A stretch of 61,951 nucleotides of DNA, filler included, from Barthelona sp. PAP020 (lineage: Eukaryota), in assembly GCA_040182905.1 (NCBI GenBank). It is 4 parts of 4 records of this genome, joined end to end, with 100 filler letters (N's around TTAATTAATTAA, not from the genome) between each part and the next. Parts side by side here need not be neighbours in the genome. Positions count along the whole stretch, not along the records: positions 31,143 to 46,577 come from JARQWU010000282.1; 3 more parts are not named here. One strand, written 5' to 3'. Both the position numbers and the translations under genes were made by a program. Shown here one piece after another: positions 31,582 to 41,852 of this stretch. Numbering within the stretch: the first letter of the stretch is position 1; each line of letters starts with the position of its first letter. The notes beneath the pieces were generated by a model. That model searched no databases. It saw only the letters and a program-made list of their open reading frames with translations, and was not told where the DNA came from.

Positions 31582-31890
31582 TCATGCTTCACCTAATCTT
31601 TGCTTTAGTGAATGATTTTCTTTGGTCAATTGTTCAACACGTTGTCTCAACAGGTCATTTTCCTCTTTTAATTCATTGATAGATACTTCAGTGTGTGAAG
31701 TTAAACGTTCTGCAACAAAATCAATGGGTTTCTCGGGTTTGCTGTCACATTCATACAACTCAACAAGAGTTTTAGTAATTGCATCAATAACACCACCATT
31801 CGTCAAATATTTGCGGAATTCATCCTTATTTTGTTCAGCACTCTATATATTAGCAATAAATAAAAATTACAGGAATACACGAAAGTTCAT
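31582..31890 (-). CDS. MYCBP: c-Myc-binding protein (MYCBP/AMY-1) homolog, 2 exons (31890-31879, 31842-31582)
   Basis: Spliced product MNFRSAEQNKDEFRKYLTNGGVIDAITKTLVELYE...KPEKPIDFV; 36-nt intron GTATTC...GCTAATATATAG. Confidence 0.85.
31843..31878 (-). other. 36-nt spliceosomal intron
   Basis: GTATTCCTGTAATTTTTATTTATTGCTAATATATAG; contains an in-frame stop; removal restores the MYCBP N-terminus. Confidence 0.8.
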
Positions 31891-32190
31891 TTCAGAAAAA
31901 TAATATTTTGAAAAGAAAAGTCAAATTGATATTTATTCTTTTTTTTCAAGTCACAACAATCACACATGATTATTTTTTATAAACTAAAAGACAAAAGAAA
32001 AAAAAAAACAAATGTTGCCAATTTCATTTGGAGAAAAAAAGCTACTCAGCTTGATCAAACTTTTATTTACTTGAATATGGATGTTAATCATCTATATAAC
32101 ATTCAGTTACTGTAAATTGCCTTCGTTGTTCAAATATTGCTGCATATTTTTTGTTTGTGTTTTTTATTTGTATTAATTGAATTCAACACG

Positions 32191-32925
32191 ATGTATTACG
32201 ATTCGCATGTGCATTTACATTTGTCAAAAGTTGATTTTCCAATTGATAATGGAATATTTTTCAATTGTTGTGTTGAACCTGATGATTTCAACGATCAATT
32301 CATCAAAAAATATCATGAAGAACGTTCAAACATAATAAATTTCATTGGAATTCATCCTTGGTGGATAAAAGAAACGGATGATATTGAAATTTACAACAGT
32401 TTTTTGGTTGAAAAGCTATCAAATGATAATAGATTACAAGTGGGCGAAATTGGTCTTCATAAAATGAAAGATAAACAAATTGTGGAAAGAAGAAGGGAAT
32501 TTTTCGATGTGGGATTTCAAGCTGCAATTAATTTTCAAAGAATTGTTAATATTCATTGTGTTCAAGATTGGGGTTATTTTGTCAGTTATATAAAGGATTT
32601 AAATGAATTGCCACCAATTATTATTTTACATAGTTTTTCAGGATCGGAGTCTGTTTTAAAACAATTGCATAAAATATCAAAGAATATATATTTTTGTGTT
32701 GGACCATTTGTAAGATGGAATATTGTTGACAAGATACCACTTCAAAATTTATTGATAGAAACAGATTTTCCTTATGAAGATGCCGAAAAAGAATGTTCTT
32801 TTGAAGAGGCTTATGAAATAATAATTGAAAAGACCCTCCAAATGATAAATTTAACCAGAGAACAATTGGAACAAGTTATTGATGACAACATAAAACAAAT
32901 ATTAACAGTTGTTAATTTGAATTAA
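32191..32925 (+). CDS. TatD-family nuclease
   Basis: YYDSHVHL, GIHPW, VGEIGL, NIHCV, ILHSFSGS, LLIETDFPY. Confidence 0.92.
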   Translation: MYYDSHVHLHLSKVDFPIDNGIFFNCCVEPDDFNDQFIKKYHEERSNIINFIGIHPWWIKETDDIEIYNSFLVEKLSNDNRLQVGEIGLHKMKDKQIVERRREFFDVGFQAAINFQRIVNIHCVQDWGYFVSYIKDLNELPPIIILHSFSGSESVLKQLHKISKNIYFCVGPFVRWNIVDKIPLQNLLIETDFPYEDAEKECSFEEAYEIIIEKTLQMINLTREQLEQVIDDNIKQILTVVNLN

Positions 32926-32959
32926 AAGATAGAATTCATTATTATTTTTGTGTAAATAA

Positions 32960-34902
32960 ATGCAAATCCCTAAAAGAGCATTTTCTTTTTTTTTCAACAT
33001 TTACAATATTTTTTTGATTTTGATCTTTTAACTTTTAAAATTACTGAATTACAAAAGATTTATAGATATTGTATAATAATATTAATTGGATTAATATTGA
33101 TTAAATGTGATGATCAAGATTTATTAATCGAAAACGACAATATGTACATTGGATATTGGATTGATTTATTAGATTATGAATTAATTCCTTCAAACTATTG
33201 GAATGTTACTGCTATTGCTGTATCAGGAGATTTTTTAATGATGGAAAATCATCAAAATGAGAATCAGTTAGGTATGAATGAATTTCCTTATTTTTTTTTT
33301 ACTTGTTATCATAAATTGGAAACTCAATGTTTATTGTACAATAATTTTATTTTGAATCAAATTGAAAGAACTACTGTTAAGTATATAGAATTGTTTGATT
33401 ATTTAGCAATTTTTTTACATTATAATGAAAATAATACATTTAATTTAAGCATATATAATATTCCACGAGAAATTTTGTATACTAAAGAGGTGGAGTTTAT
33501 CAAAAATGAAACAGAAACAAAAACTATAAAAAATTTGTTAACTTTAAAGAATGGAACCATATTTTTAGTTGCTGAATATGATGTTTATGGGTATGTGTTA
33601 GATACTTTTGCGGTTAAATATTCTTTTTTATGGCAAATTGGTTTTGATGAAAGGATCATTGATGTATTTGTTTATCACTCAAAATATTGTCTAATTTTCA
33701 CACATTATTTGCATTGTTTTGGGTTTGAACCCAGTGATTTTTGCTTACACATTAAAGAATATAGTGGAGAAAGAATTCTAAATATTTTGATACTAAACGA
33801 GGATGATGAGCCTTTTAAAGCATTGATTAGAACTGTGGATGAGTATAATATGATATGTAATAGTACAAATTGTAATTTCATTGATTGGTCGTTTGACGGT
33901 GATTTCATGCAATTTTCTATTACCCATCAAAGGATTGTGATGTTGTTTTATTTAACTATTGAACATTATATTGAAATTTTATACATTGACAATGATTCCT
34001 TTGATATTTTGAATGTCCAAAGAATTGTTAATCACACTCTTGCAGATGATAATGGATTTGCCATATTCTGGTCAAGTAGATATCTATTTGTCAAATTTAA
34101 TACAGAAACAACCACAGAACTATTGTATTCTGTCAGACATAAGCCTTGTCAACCAGGATTCTATTCAATTGATGGTTATGAACCTTGTTCTCCTTGTCCA
34201 GTGAGAAAGTTTTCAAATAGTTTCTTTTCAAAAGCTTGTGAATTTTGTTCGATGCATACAATTGCTCCCCAAGAAGGTTTGAAAGAATGTATGGCATGTC
34301 CTTTTGGAACTTATAGTTTTGATCAAGTCAAGTGTTCCCCTTGTGATGAAGGAGAATATCGAGGTGCAAGTAATATGTTTTGTACAATTTGCCCGTCAAA
34401 CTCTATTGTATTACCTACTTTGGATGGTTGCCTTGAATGCACAAATGGTTATGAAGCTAGTAGTAACTCATTGGTGTGTATTCCTTGTAAAAACCATACT
34501 TTCAGACAAATTGGCATGTCTTCTTGCATGAATTGTCCAGACACCTATATATTAGATCATAAACAAACAACGTGTATTCCGTGTCCAATTGGGTGGTTTA
34601 TCAAAGAAAATGAATGCTTTCCTTGTCCTGAGGGAAGTTTTACTTCTGAAGTTGGAAGCAAAGAATGTGAATCTTGTGGTTTTAGGGAGATTTCTTTGCC
34701 ATCTGGAAAAGGATGCAAGACTTGCGAATCCAATGAAGTTAAAGATGGAAACACTTGTGTTAAATGTCAAACTTTTTTCAAAGCGGTTAATGGAGTTTGT
34801 CAAATTGAATTATATGCTTGTTTTTATTTTGTGATGCTTTTTTCAGCCCTAATTCTTGTTTTTATTTTACTACATAATTCATATACTCATGATATTGCGT
34901 AA
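32960..34902 (+). CDS. Cys-rich (CxxC, GCC2/GCC3-type repeats) membrane surface protein; 5' end uncertain
   Basis: Repeated C..CP.G motifs and a C-terminal TM. The frame extends upstream of 33097 through a signal-like segment and joins ATG 32960 only if the T9 run at 32986-94 has one more T. Confidence 0.75.
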
Positions 34903-34948
34903 AATTATGATTCTTTTTTTATTATTTCATTGGAAAATTTCAATTCAG

Positions 34949-36175
34949 TCAAATATCAAAATCATCTTCATCAATGTATGGAGAGGCAAATTCAAACATA
35001 TTCCCCCCATTGATTTCATTGATATCCACCAAATCCCAACATATTTCCATAATCATATTATACTCTTTAAAAGTCATGCAGATTCCCCCTGCAATCAATG
35101 ACCTCAGTGTTGATGTTTCAACACCCATGTCAACAAGGGCACTGATAACCTTTCCATGGGGCTTAGCAAATTCAATCAGTTCAATTTGACAAGTAGAGTC
35201 AAATTTTCTTTTTAGTTGATATATCTTAACTGTATTACCATCACACCGTCCACAAATTAGTTGTTTCAAGTCAGGAGAAATTGCAAATGAAACACAAAAA
35301 CTCTCGGAATTACAATTGATTCTTTGCACTTTTGCATTAAGAACAACATCGAGCAATGTAAGATAACCATTTCTAGACATAATTATCAAAGTGGCCGTAT
35401 CAAGAAAATGAAGCCCAACAATTGAACTATCGAAGTCGATTGAATATTGAAGTAATCCATTATTTAATCCCCAAAAACGAACTTTCTTGTCATCAGAACC
35501 AGTTATCACAAAATTTCTTGTGGAATCAAATTCCACTGTGTTTACAAAGTTTGAATGGTTGTATATTTGAGTTATTGCAAGTGTTTTTGACTCGAAAACT
35601 TTTGCTGTGCAATCATTACTACAAGAAAGAAGAAAATTATCTTGTGAGGAAATGATAAGTTGATTAATCCAATCTGAAGGAACACTCGTCTCACAAACAA
35701 TTTTTTTGCTTTCCAAACTCCATTTTTTTAATATTGCACTTCGCTCTGTGTATCCTGAACAAACACTGCAATACAAAAACCGGCCACAACCTGAAAAACA
35801 AATGTTTGACACAGTATGAGCATTGTTGAACTTTTCAATTATTAGGAATGAATCAACGCTGTAAATTATGACAAAAGTATCATATGAGCATGTTGCCATT
35901 AATTGACCATTTGATGAAAAGGCTACACAACGAACAGCACTTGTATGATTATTTAATGTCCTGATGTGTTCACCATTTCGTGCATTAAATATTAATACAG
36001 GTCCATTAAGATCGATAATAACGAGATATTTACCATCTGGAGAAAATTTGCAATCAATCATGTGATCAAAAATCCTTTTTTCAATCGTTTTTATTTCTTT
36101 TTCATAAATTCTCACGGGAAATATCTCACTTATTCTTTTGTTTGTTTGTTCTCTTCTTAATTGTTTGAACAACAT
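34949..36175 (-). CDS. WD40-repeat protein with conserved C-terminal CWDLVDINE domain
   Basis: FSPDGKYL, HTSAVRCVAFSSNG, TGSDDKKVRFW; C-terminus ...ICWDLVDINEINGGNMFEF shared with the ankyrin protein. Confidence 0.92.
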   Translation of the reverse strand: MLFKQLRREQTNKRISEIFPVRIYEKEIKTIEKRIFDHMIDCKFSPDGKYLVIIDLNGPVLIFNARNGEHIRTLNNHTSAVRCVAFSSNGQLMATCSYDTFVIIYSVDSFLIIEKFNNAHTVSNICFSGCGRFLYCSVCSGYTERSAILKKWSLESKKIVCETSVPSDWINQLIISSQDNFLLSCSNDCTAKVFESKTLAITQIYNHSNFVNTVEFDSTRNFVITGSDDKKVRFWGLNNGLLQYSIDFDSSIVGLHFLDTATLIIMSRNGYLTLLDVVLNAKVQRINCNSESFCVSFAISPDLKQLICGRCDGNTVKIYQLKRKFDSTCQIELIEFAKPHGKVISALVDMGVETSTLRSLIAGGICMTFKEYNMIMEICWDLVDINEINGGNMFEFASPYIDEDDFDI

Positions 36176-36315
36176 TGAAAATTATTTGTAAAAGATTGAC
36201 TGTAAACCAGCTTTGTTTTGTAGGCAGGCTGGATGATGAAACATTGAAAACATAAAATAATCACAAAAAAATCAATAATTTATCCACAAAATATTCAATA
36301 TTCAAATATTATACA

Positions 36316-36909
36316 CTACTCTCGAGGAATTGCTTTACGCAATGAATCTACCCAGGCATCCATTTCCTCCTTGGTATCAGTATACATATAATAAGTTTTT
36401 TGTCCAGGAGCACTTAAAACAATGCAATTTGTATCAGCTGACAAACCAAGTTCACCCTTTACATTGATATCAGCAACAAACACTTCACTTTCGGGCATTA
36501 AAATAATCGTACCTCTTGGTTTCTTTTCGGAAGGATGAGAAAAATATCTTAAAACGCAATCACGCAAAACAAAATACCTCTTTTTCCAATTTCTAATAAA
36601 ATGACCTTGTTTTGTCATATATCCATTTCTACGCACAGCAGATGGCTCGATTATTTCAGCAACAACATGAGAATCAGTTGAATCAGGTGAAGAAATCTCA
36701 CTCAAATAATTATAAGGACAATAACCAACCCTTTCAGAATCCTCTAAACGACATTTCCACATGCCAGAAGGATGTTTTTCCAAAACACAAATTATATCAC
36801 CAGTATTAAAAGATAACTCATTTGGAACACGAGCAGAAAAATCAAACAAGGCTTGCATACGAATAACATTCGAAGATTTAATGCTACCACTGACCGTAGT
36901 ATCTGACAT
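36316..36909 (-). CDS. SH3 + PH domain adaptor
   Basis: ALFDF...ELSFNTGDII...GMW...GYCPYNYL; GYMTKQGHFIRNWKKRYFVL...EMDAWVDSL. Confidence 0.93.
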   Translation of the reverse strand: MSDTTVSGSIKSSNVIRMQALFDFSARVPNELSFNTGDIICVLEKHPSGMWKCRLEDSERVGYCPYNYLSEISSPDSTDSHVVAEIIEPSAVRRNGYMTKQGHFIRNWKKRYFVLRDCVLRYFSHPSEKKPRGTIILMPESEVFVADINVKGELGLSADTNCIVLSAPGQKTYYMYTDTKEEMDAWVDSLRKAIPRE

Positions 36910-37306
36910 GAAAAGAGAAAATAAAAGAAACCTTTTTCAAATCAATTCTCATTTAATGCGTTTTCAATTCATATATTTATTAAATCAAGTTTTATTTCTT
37001 CAAAAATTAATTGGAAAAGTAATAACGCCTGTAAACTTAAATTTGGATGATTGAAGAAGAGTTTTCTCTTTTTCTTATTATTTGAACAATTGTGGATAAG
37101 TGAATGAGCATATGTTAGCAATGGAAAAGCAATATCTTGATTTAGAATTGTGAAGATGAATTCAAAAACAAGTCAAAATATGGCAATTATTCACTAATAT
37201 AAAGCTTCATTTACTTGAATTTATTTACTTTCACCATTGAAAGGAGGTTTTTTGAAGAAAAAACAAAGACAATATTTTTAAATTGAATTTTTTTTTTAAT
37301 TGATCA

Positions 37307-37786
37307 ATGAACAATCCACATTACAATACAAATGGACAAATGAAGGTTCTTGTTGGGAATTGGTTTGAAGACAGACAAGCCAGTGAGTTATATCATGAAC
37401 CCGAAGAATTAGATTTTAAAACTTCAAACAAAGCAAACTTTGTGCATCCTGAAACTATGGATAATAGAAACATTCTAACAAAAAGAGAAAAACGTTTACA
37501 AAAGTTGGAAAAAAAACTTCAACAACAAGTTGCCCAAGATAGACCTCAAATTGAAGAACATTCAGTTGAAGAAGAAGTTTTTCAGCTGCCTCAAAGACAA
37601 AACTCATCAGAAAATGTTGATCTTTCTATTTTGTCAAGACCTACTAATTTACACAAAGCTGATCAAATTTCAATTTATAATTCAGTTAATTCAACACACT
37701 TTTGTGGGGATAGAACAGATTTTAGAAAAAATACTGCCTTTACTCAGCCAATTGATGAATACATGAAGGGTCCTTGTAAAGAATAA
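37307..37786 (+). CDS. Axonemal microtubule inner protein, SPAG8-like
   Basis: KVLVGNWFEDR (GNWxEE/DR motif), ISIY, C-terminal FRKNTAFTQPI. Confidence 0.6.
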   Translation: MNNPHYNTNGQMKVLVGNWFEDRQASELYHEPEELDFKTSNKANFVHPETMDNRNILTKREKRLQKLEKKLQQQVAQDRPQIEEHSVEEEVFQLPQRQNSSENVDLSILSRPTNLHKADQISIYNSVNSTHFCGDRTDFRKNTAFTQPIDEYMKGPCKE

Positions 37787-38199
37787 AAATTTATTTTGTA
37801 TTTTTGTTTTTTTTTTTGTGTTATTTTATTCATTGTATCCAAATGAGTGATGAATTTGACTATTTTCTTCAGTGGTACCAATTTGTTGAGGTGAAACTGG
37901 ACAATTGAAAGAACTTAGCAACGGGGGAGAATCTTTGTGATAATTTTTGTTGAAGTGTCTCTTATTTAATTACAGATGACTATTTTTACCCAAGAAAATT
38001 CCGGTACCCACTTGCATATTCTGATTCAGGGGATAATAAAAACTGTGAATAATTTCTCGTTGAATATTGTGATTTTGCTCAACTTAATATCGCTCAGCAA
38101 AAGAATCAGAAACTAAAATAATATAGTCGCTTTGTTTTGAATATTTAACAAGAAAAATCGAGTTTTTTCTTTGTAAAGCTAGACTTTTCCCATATATTC

Positions 38200-38810
38200 A
38201 ATATTGAGGATTACATGTTTCTCTTCTTTGGAAGTTAAATAAATTGAACGGAACCAAATCCTTAGTCCAAGGGTTTTGAGGACAGACTAACCAACGTTTC
38301 TTCAATTTTAAAAATGCCAAACTTCTCTTGAAAAAAACACAAACTCATTGTTAGATTAGACATATCATGTCATTAATGTAAAAGGATTCAAATTATCAAT
38401 TGAAAATGATAACATCACGCTTTATGGAAATTGATGTTTTTGATAAAGGAAAAGGTTACTGAATCAATTCTTTCGAATCAGCTTTTCAATTTCCAATATT
38501 CCTGAGAGTTGCTGGCCGTCAAATGACTGAATTGGTGCAAATAAACAGGTACTTATCTGAACCGTGAGAAAGATTTTCAAAAACAAGAACAAAAAGGTTA
38601 AGGCTGAAATTTTTCATATAATTCAATTTTTTTGATTTTATTTTGTTGTTGCATGATTATTATTGTTTTTTGATGTGGAGTGACTCTTGTGGTGGAAAAA
38701 AAAAATGTGTAAAAATGGACAATATGATTGACAAAAAATATGTCAATTTTCAGTAAAAATCCTAAGAAATGCAATAAAACATGTAATTATGAGGAATAAA
38801 TGCAAAATAC
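38200..38810 (-). repeat. Spacer copy C (decayed), downstream of kinase-WD40 copy 2
   Basis: AATGCCAAACTTCTCTTGAAA, CTGAGAGTT, CAAAAACAAGA and GTGGAGTGACTC blocks shared, in order, with copies A/B; may extend towards ~37850. Confidence 0.7.
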
Positions 38811-38814
38811 AATG

Positions 38815-41055
38815 TTAAGTTTTATCAGTCGAAGCAATGAATTCTTGGATTGGAACATTATTCCCAAGAGCGTATCCAGTACACAACAAACGAGTTCCAT
38901 CATAATTAAGGGCCATAACACGAATTTGAAAAGGGACACTCACTTTCTGCAATATTTGACCTGTTTCTCTTCGAATCACAGCAAATGATTTATCAGTAGA
39001 ACCAGAATAGATCAATGAACCATCTTGGGAGAAGAGAACAGACCATACTGAACAATCATGAACCTTATACTTTTTCAACAACTTTCTAGATTCAACATCA
39101 AACATTCTGACTGTACCATCTTCATTACCTGTCACCCAATAAGCACTATTGGGTGAGAAGTTGCCTGAGTTGACCATATTTCTAAATGATAAAAACCTTT
39201 CACAATTACTCCACGTATGAAGCTCCTCATATGTTTCCAATAAAAACAACTTTGAACACCCATCATTGCTGACAGAAGCAAAGTACTTCATATCGGGACT
39301 AGTACGAACAGAACAAACACTCAATCTATGTACTTGAGATTCATACAACTTCTGTCCTTTAACTGTGTATATGGAAATAAACCCATTATTTGTACCAAAA
39401 AAAAGCAATTTGCTATCCGGTGAGAAATACACACACCTTAAATCATCAACAATTTCCCCGATCACTCTAACTGTTCGCCAAGTATCAACCTCAATGATAT
39501 GAATTGCTGGACCCATACCACAAACAGCCAATAGTTTGGAGTTTGGACTAAAATTGAGACCAGAAGCATAAACATACTTGCCTTCATGCACAACTGCATA
39601 TGTTTCAGTGTTGTAAACTGTTAGTAGTTTGTTCCAACTTCCTGCAACTGCAAAAAACCGACCATCAGAGCTATAATCAAGGGCATAAATCTCTTCATCA
39701 GGGAATTTCTCACTAAACGCAGGCTTTTCTTCAAATCTTGAGACTACTGGAACAACTTGCTGCCAATTTTTGAAAGTTCGTTCCTTATCATTATTGTTCA
39801 TAAAGTCATTCAATTGGTTTTTCAAACGATCGACTTGGGTCATTAATTTCTCTCTATCTTGATTTATATCTTCTTTATCATCAATCAAATCATCAATTTT
39901 TTTGATTAATTGTTTCTTTTCACTGAAGAATTTCTGTTTTTCTTCTTTAAATCTTTCTAGTTGATACAACAGCTCGTCTTTTTCATTCAACCATGCAACC
40001 TTTTCCTCTTTTAAATCACTGTTTCCATCAGTCAATTGTTGGACCTTTTCCACATATCCCTTTCTTTCCAAAAGCCAACTGTTCTTTTCCTCTTCCAAAA
40101 TCGCAACTCTCTTCACCAACCTCTTCTCGTCAAATCCCAACCCCTCAAAACGATTTATCAGCATCTTTAAATAGTCAGTAATTTCCTTAAAGGTTGGTCT
40201 TTCAGCTGCATCAACAGCCAAACACTTCTTGACGATTCCAAACCCAGGTATTGTATCCAATAATTCTTTGCCATATGGCAATTGCCCTTTACCCAATTTA
40301 AAAATGACTTTTAACTCACTTAACCCTTCAAAAGGAACAAAACCAGACACTACCTGTGCCAACATAACACCAAATGACCACGCGTCAACAGCCGTCCCAA
40401 TTATGTTCTCCTCTTCATTGGCCAACTCAGGAGCAGCATATCTTACCGCTCCCATCATCGAATTGGCAGAACCCCTACTAATATCACGAACAAGCCCAAA
40501 ATCAGCGATTGCAGGTGTATAGACACCATCAACTCCACATCTCAACAACACATTATTTGGTTTAAGATCCCTATGCATAACCCCTTTACTATGACAAAAT
40601 TCAAGGGCACATGAAACCTGCATCATAATAACCAACTTCTCTTTCAGAGATAACTCTGGTATCATGTCTTCAAGAACAGTATCACAATATTCCATTACAA
40701 CACCCTTTTTGCCATCGATCTCAGTAACTCCAAAAACTTGTCGAATGAATGGATGATCTAAAACCATGGGAAAACATTCTCTGGTTATTTCATCATTAGA
40801 AATATTTTCAATAAAGAATTTAATAACAACAATCTTTTCATGTCTTTTGGCTAGATTCAAGATTCCAAAACCACCAATTTTGAAGTTACTTTCTACAATT
40901 TCAAACTCACTTCCCTGTATATTGACATCATTCGATTTCACAAAATTAGCCAATTTTTCAAAAGCATCTTCGTCTGGTTCTTCAATAATTTTCTTGCGTT
41001 TATTTGCACTTTGTTCTAGTTCGTAGGATCCTAGGTTTTCTTCAAAGGTAAACAT
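38815..41055 (-). CDS. Ser/Thr kinase - coiled coil - WD40 protein, copy 2 (longer coil)
   Basis: Same motifs as copy 1; begins MFTFEEN; kinase domain very similar. Confidence 0.95.
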   Translation of the reverse strand: MFTFEENLGSYELEQSANKRKKIIEEPDEDAFEKLANFVKSNDVNIQGSEFEIVESNFKIGGFGILNLAKRHEKIVVIKFFIENISNDEITRECFPMVLDHPFIRQVFGVTEIDGKKGVVMEYCDTVLEDMIPELSLKEKLVIMMQVSCALEFCHSKGVMHRDLKPNNVLLRCGVDGVYTPAIADFGLVRDISRGSANSMMGAVRYAAPELANEEENIIGTAVDAWSFGVMLAQVVSGFVPFEGLSELKVIFKLGKGQLPYGKELLDTIPGFGIVKKCLAVDAAERPTFKEITDYLKMLINRFEGLGFDEKRLVKRVAILEEEKNSWLLERKGYVEKVQQLTDGNSDLKEEKVAWLNEKDELLYQLERFKEEKQKFFSEKKQLIKKIDDLIDDKEDINQDREKLMTQVDRLKNQLNDFMNNNDKERTFKNWQQVVPVVSRFEEKPAFSEKFPDEEIYALDYSSDGRFFAVAGSWNKLLTVYNTETYAVVHEGKYVYASGLNFSPNSKLLAVCGMGPAIHIIEVDTWRTVRVIGEIVDDLRCVYFSPDSKLLFFGTNNGFISIYTVKGQKLYESQVHRLSVCSVRTSPDMKYFASVSNDGCSKLFLLETYEELHTWSNCERFLSFRNMVNSGNFSPNSAYWVTGNEDGTVRMFDVESRKLLKKYKVHDCSVWSVLFSQDGSLIYSGSTDKSFAVIRRETGQILQKVSVPFQIRVMALNYDGTRLLCTGYALGNNVPIQEFIASTDKT

Positions 41056-41059
41056 GGAA

Positions 41060-41420
41060 AAAAAAAATGAATGAAAAAATGTACAAAAAAAAATATGTTT
41101 TTCTTCTTCTTTTTTAGCTTTCTGTTCAATTTCAATTTGTGGTCACATTTAAAAAAATTTTGCAATATTGGGTTGTGGATTTGTTCTTTATCTTGAGCAA
41201 CCCTTTTTAAAAGAATTTTGTTTGTGATTTCGAAAAGGTTTTATTTGAAAAACCGTTGAATTCATAAATATTGACATCAATCCAAGTATGCTGAATGCTT
41301 TTTATTTTGAAAGAAGTCTCTTAAATGGGTTAAAGTTCAAATATTTGAACTTTGTTCAAGTTCCATTTCAAAATGCAAGAAACTTGCTTGTTCAGGATTG
41401 AATTATTTTTTACAACCAAG
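41060..41420 (-). repeat. Spacer copy D (distal part), upstream of kinase-WD40 copy 2
   Basis: Homologous to 14030-14350 (TAGCTTTCTGTT, AAAAACCG, AATATTGACA, AGTTCCAT). Confidence 0.75.
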
Positions 41421-41592
41421 AAGTACAGTGCTTATGTGTAAATGAAAGAGAATAATGTTTGTTTGATTAATGGTTGTCAGATCCGATTCATCTCTTGAAA
41501 ACAGAGGATGTTCCAAAGCACAAGTTGAACTTTAAAATTTCATTTTTACAAAAGAATGAAAAAATGAAAAGAATGGAGAATTATTCTAATTA

Positions 41593-41629
41593 TTTCCAAG
41601 CCAAGAAGCCCTTTGCGTGTGAGTGAATA
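41593..41629. repeat. 37-nt dispersed non-coding element, copy 2
   Basis: TTTCCAAGCCAAGAAGCCCTTTGCGTGTGAGTGAATA. Confidence 0.8.
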
Positions 41630-41852
41630 TAAAATTTTTAGGCAAGTTGTGAAACAACTATATTTATTTACAAAGAAAAAGCAATCAAAGAAAACTGGCT
41701 AAAATTTAATAACAATAACAATAACTCATTTTCGTTTGCTTGGATTTAATTGAATGAATTTTCTTTGCTTTTCTATTCTTTGACAGTGTGAAAAATTAAA
41801 CAAAATAAAATAAATAAAATAAAATAAAATAAAAAACATTTTACATTTTGCA

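Noticed and set aside
41645..41664. AGTTGTGAAACAACTATATT hairpin with a near match in inverted orientation at ~14386-14405
   Set aside because: Short, AT-rich and isolated; no further homology in that orientation.
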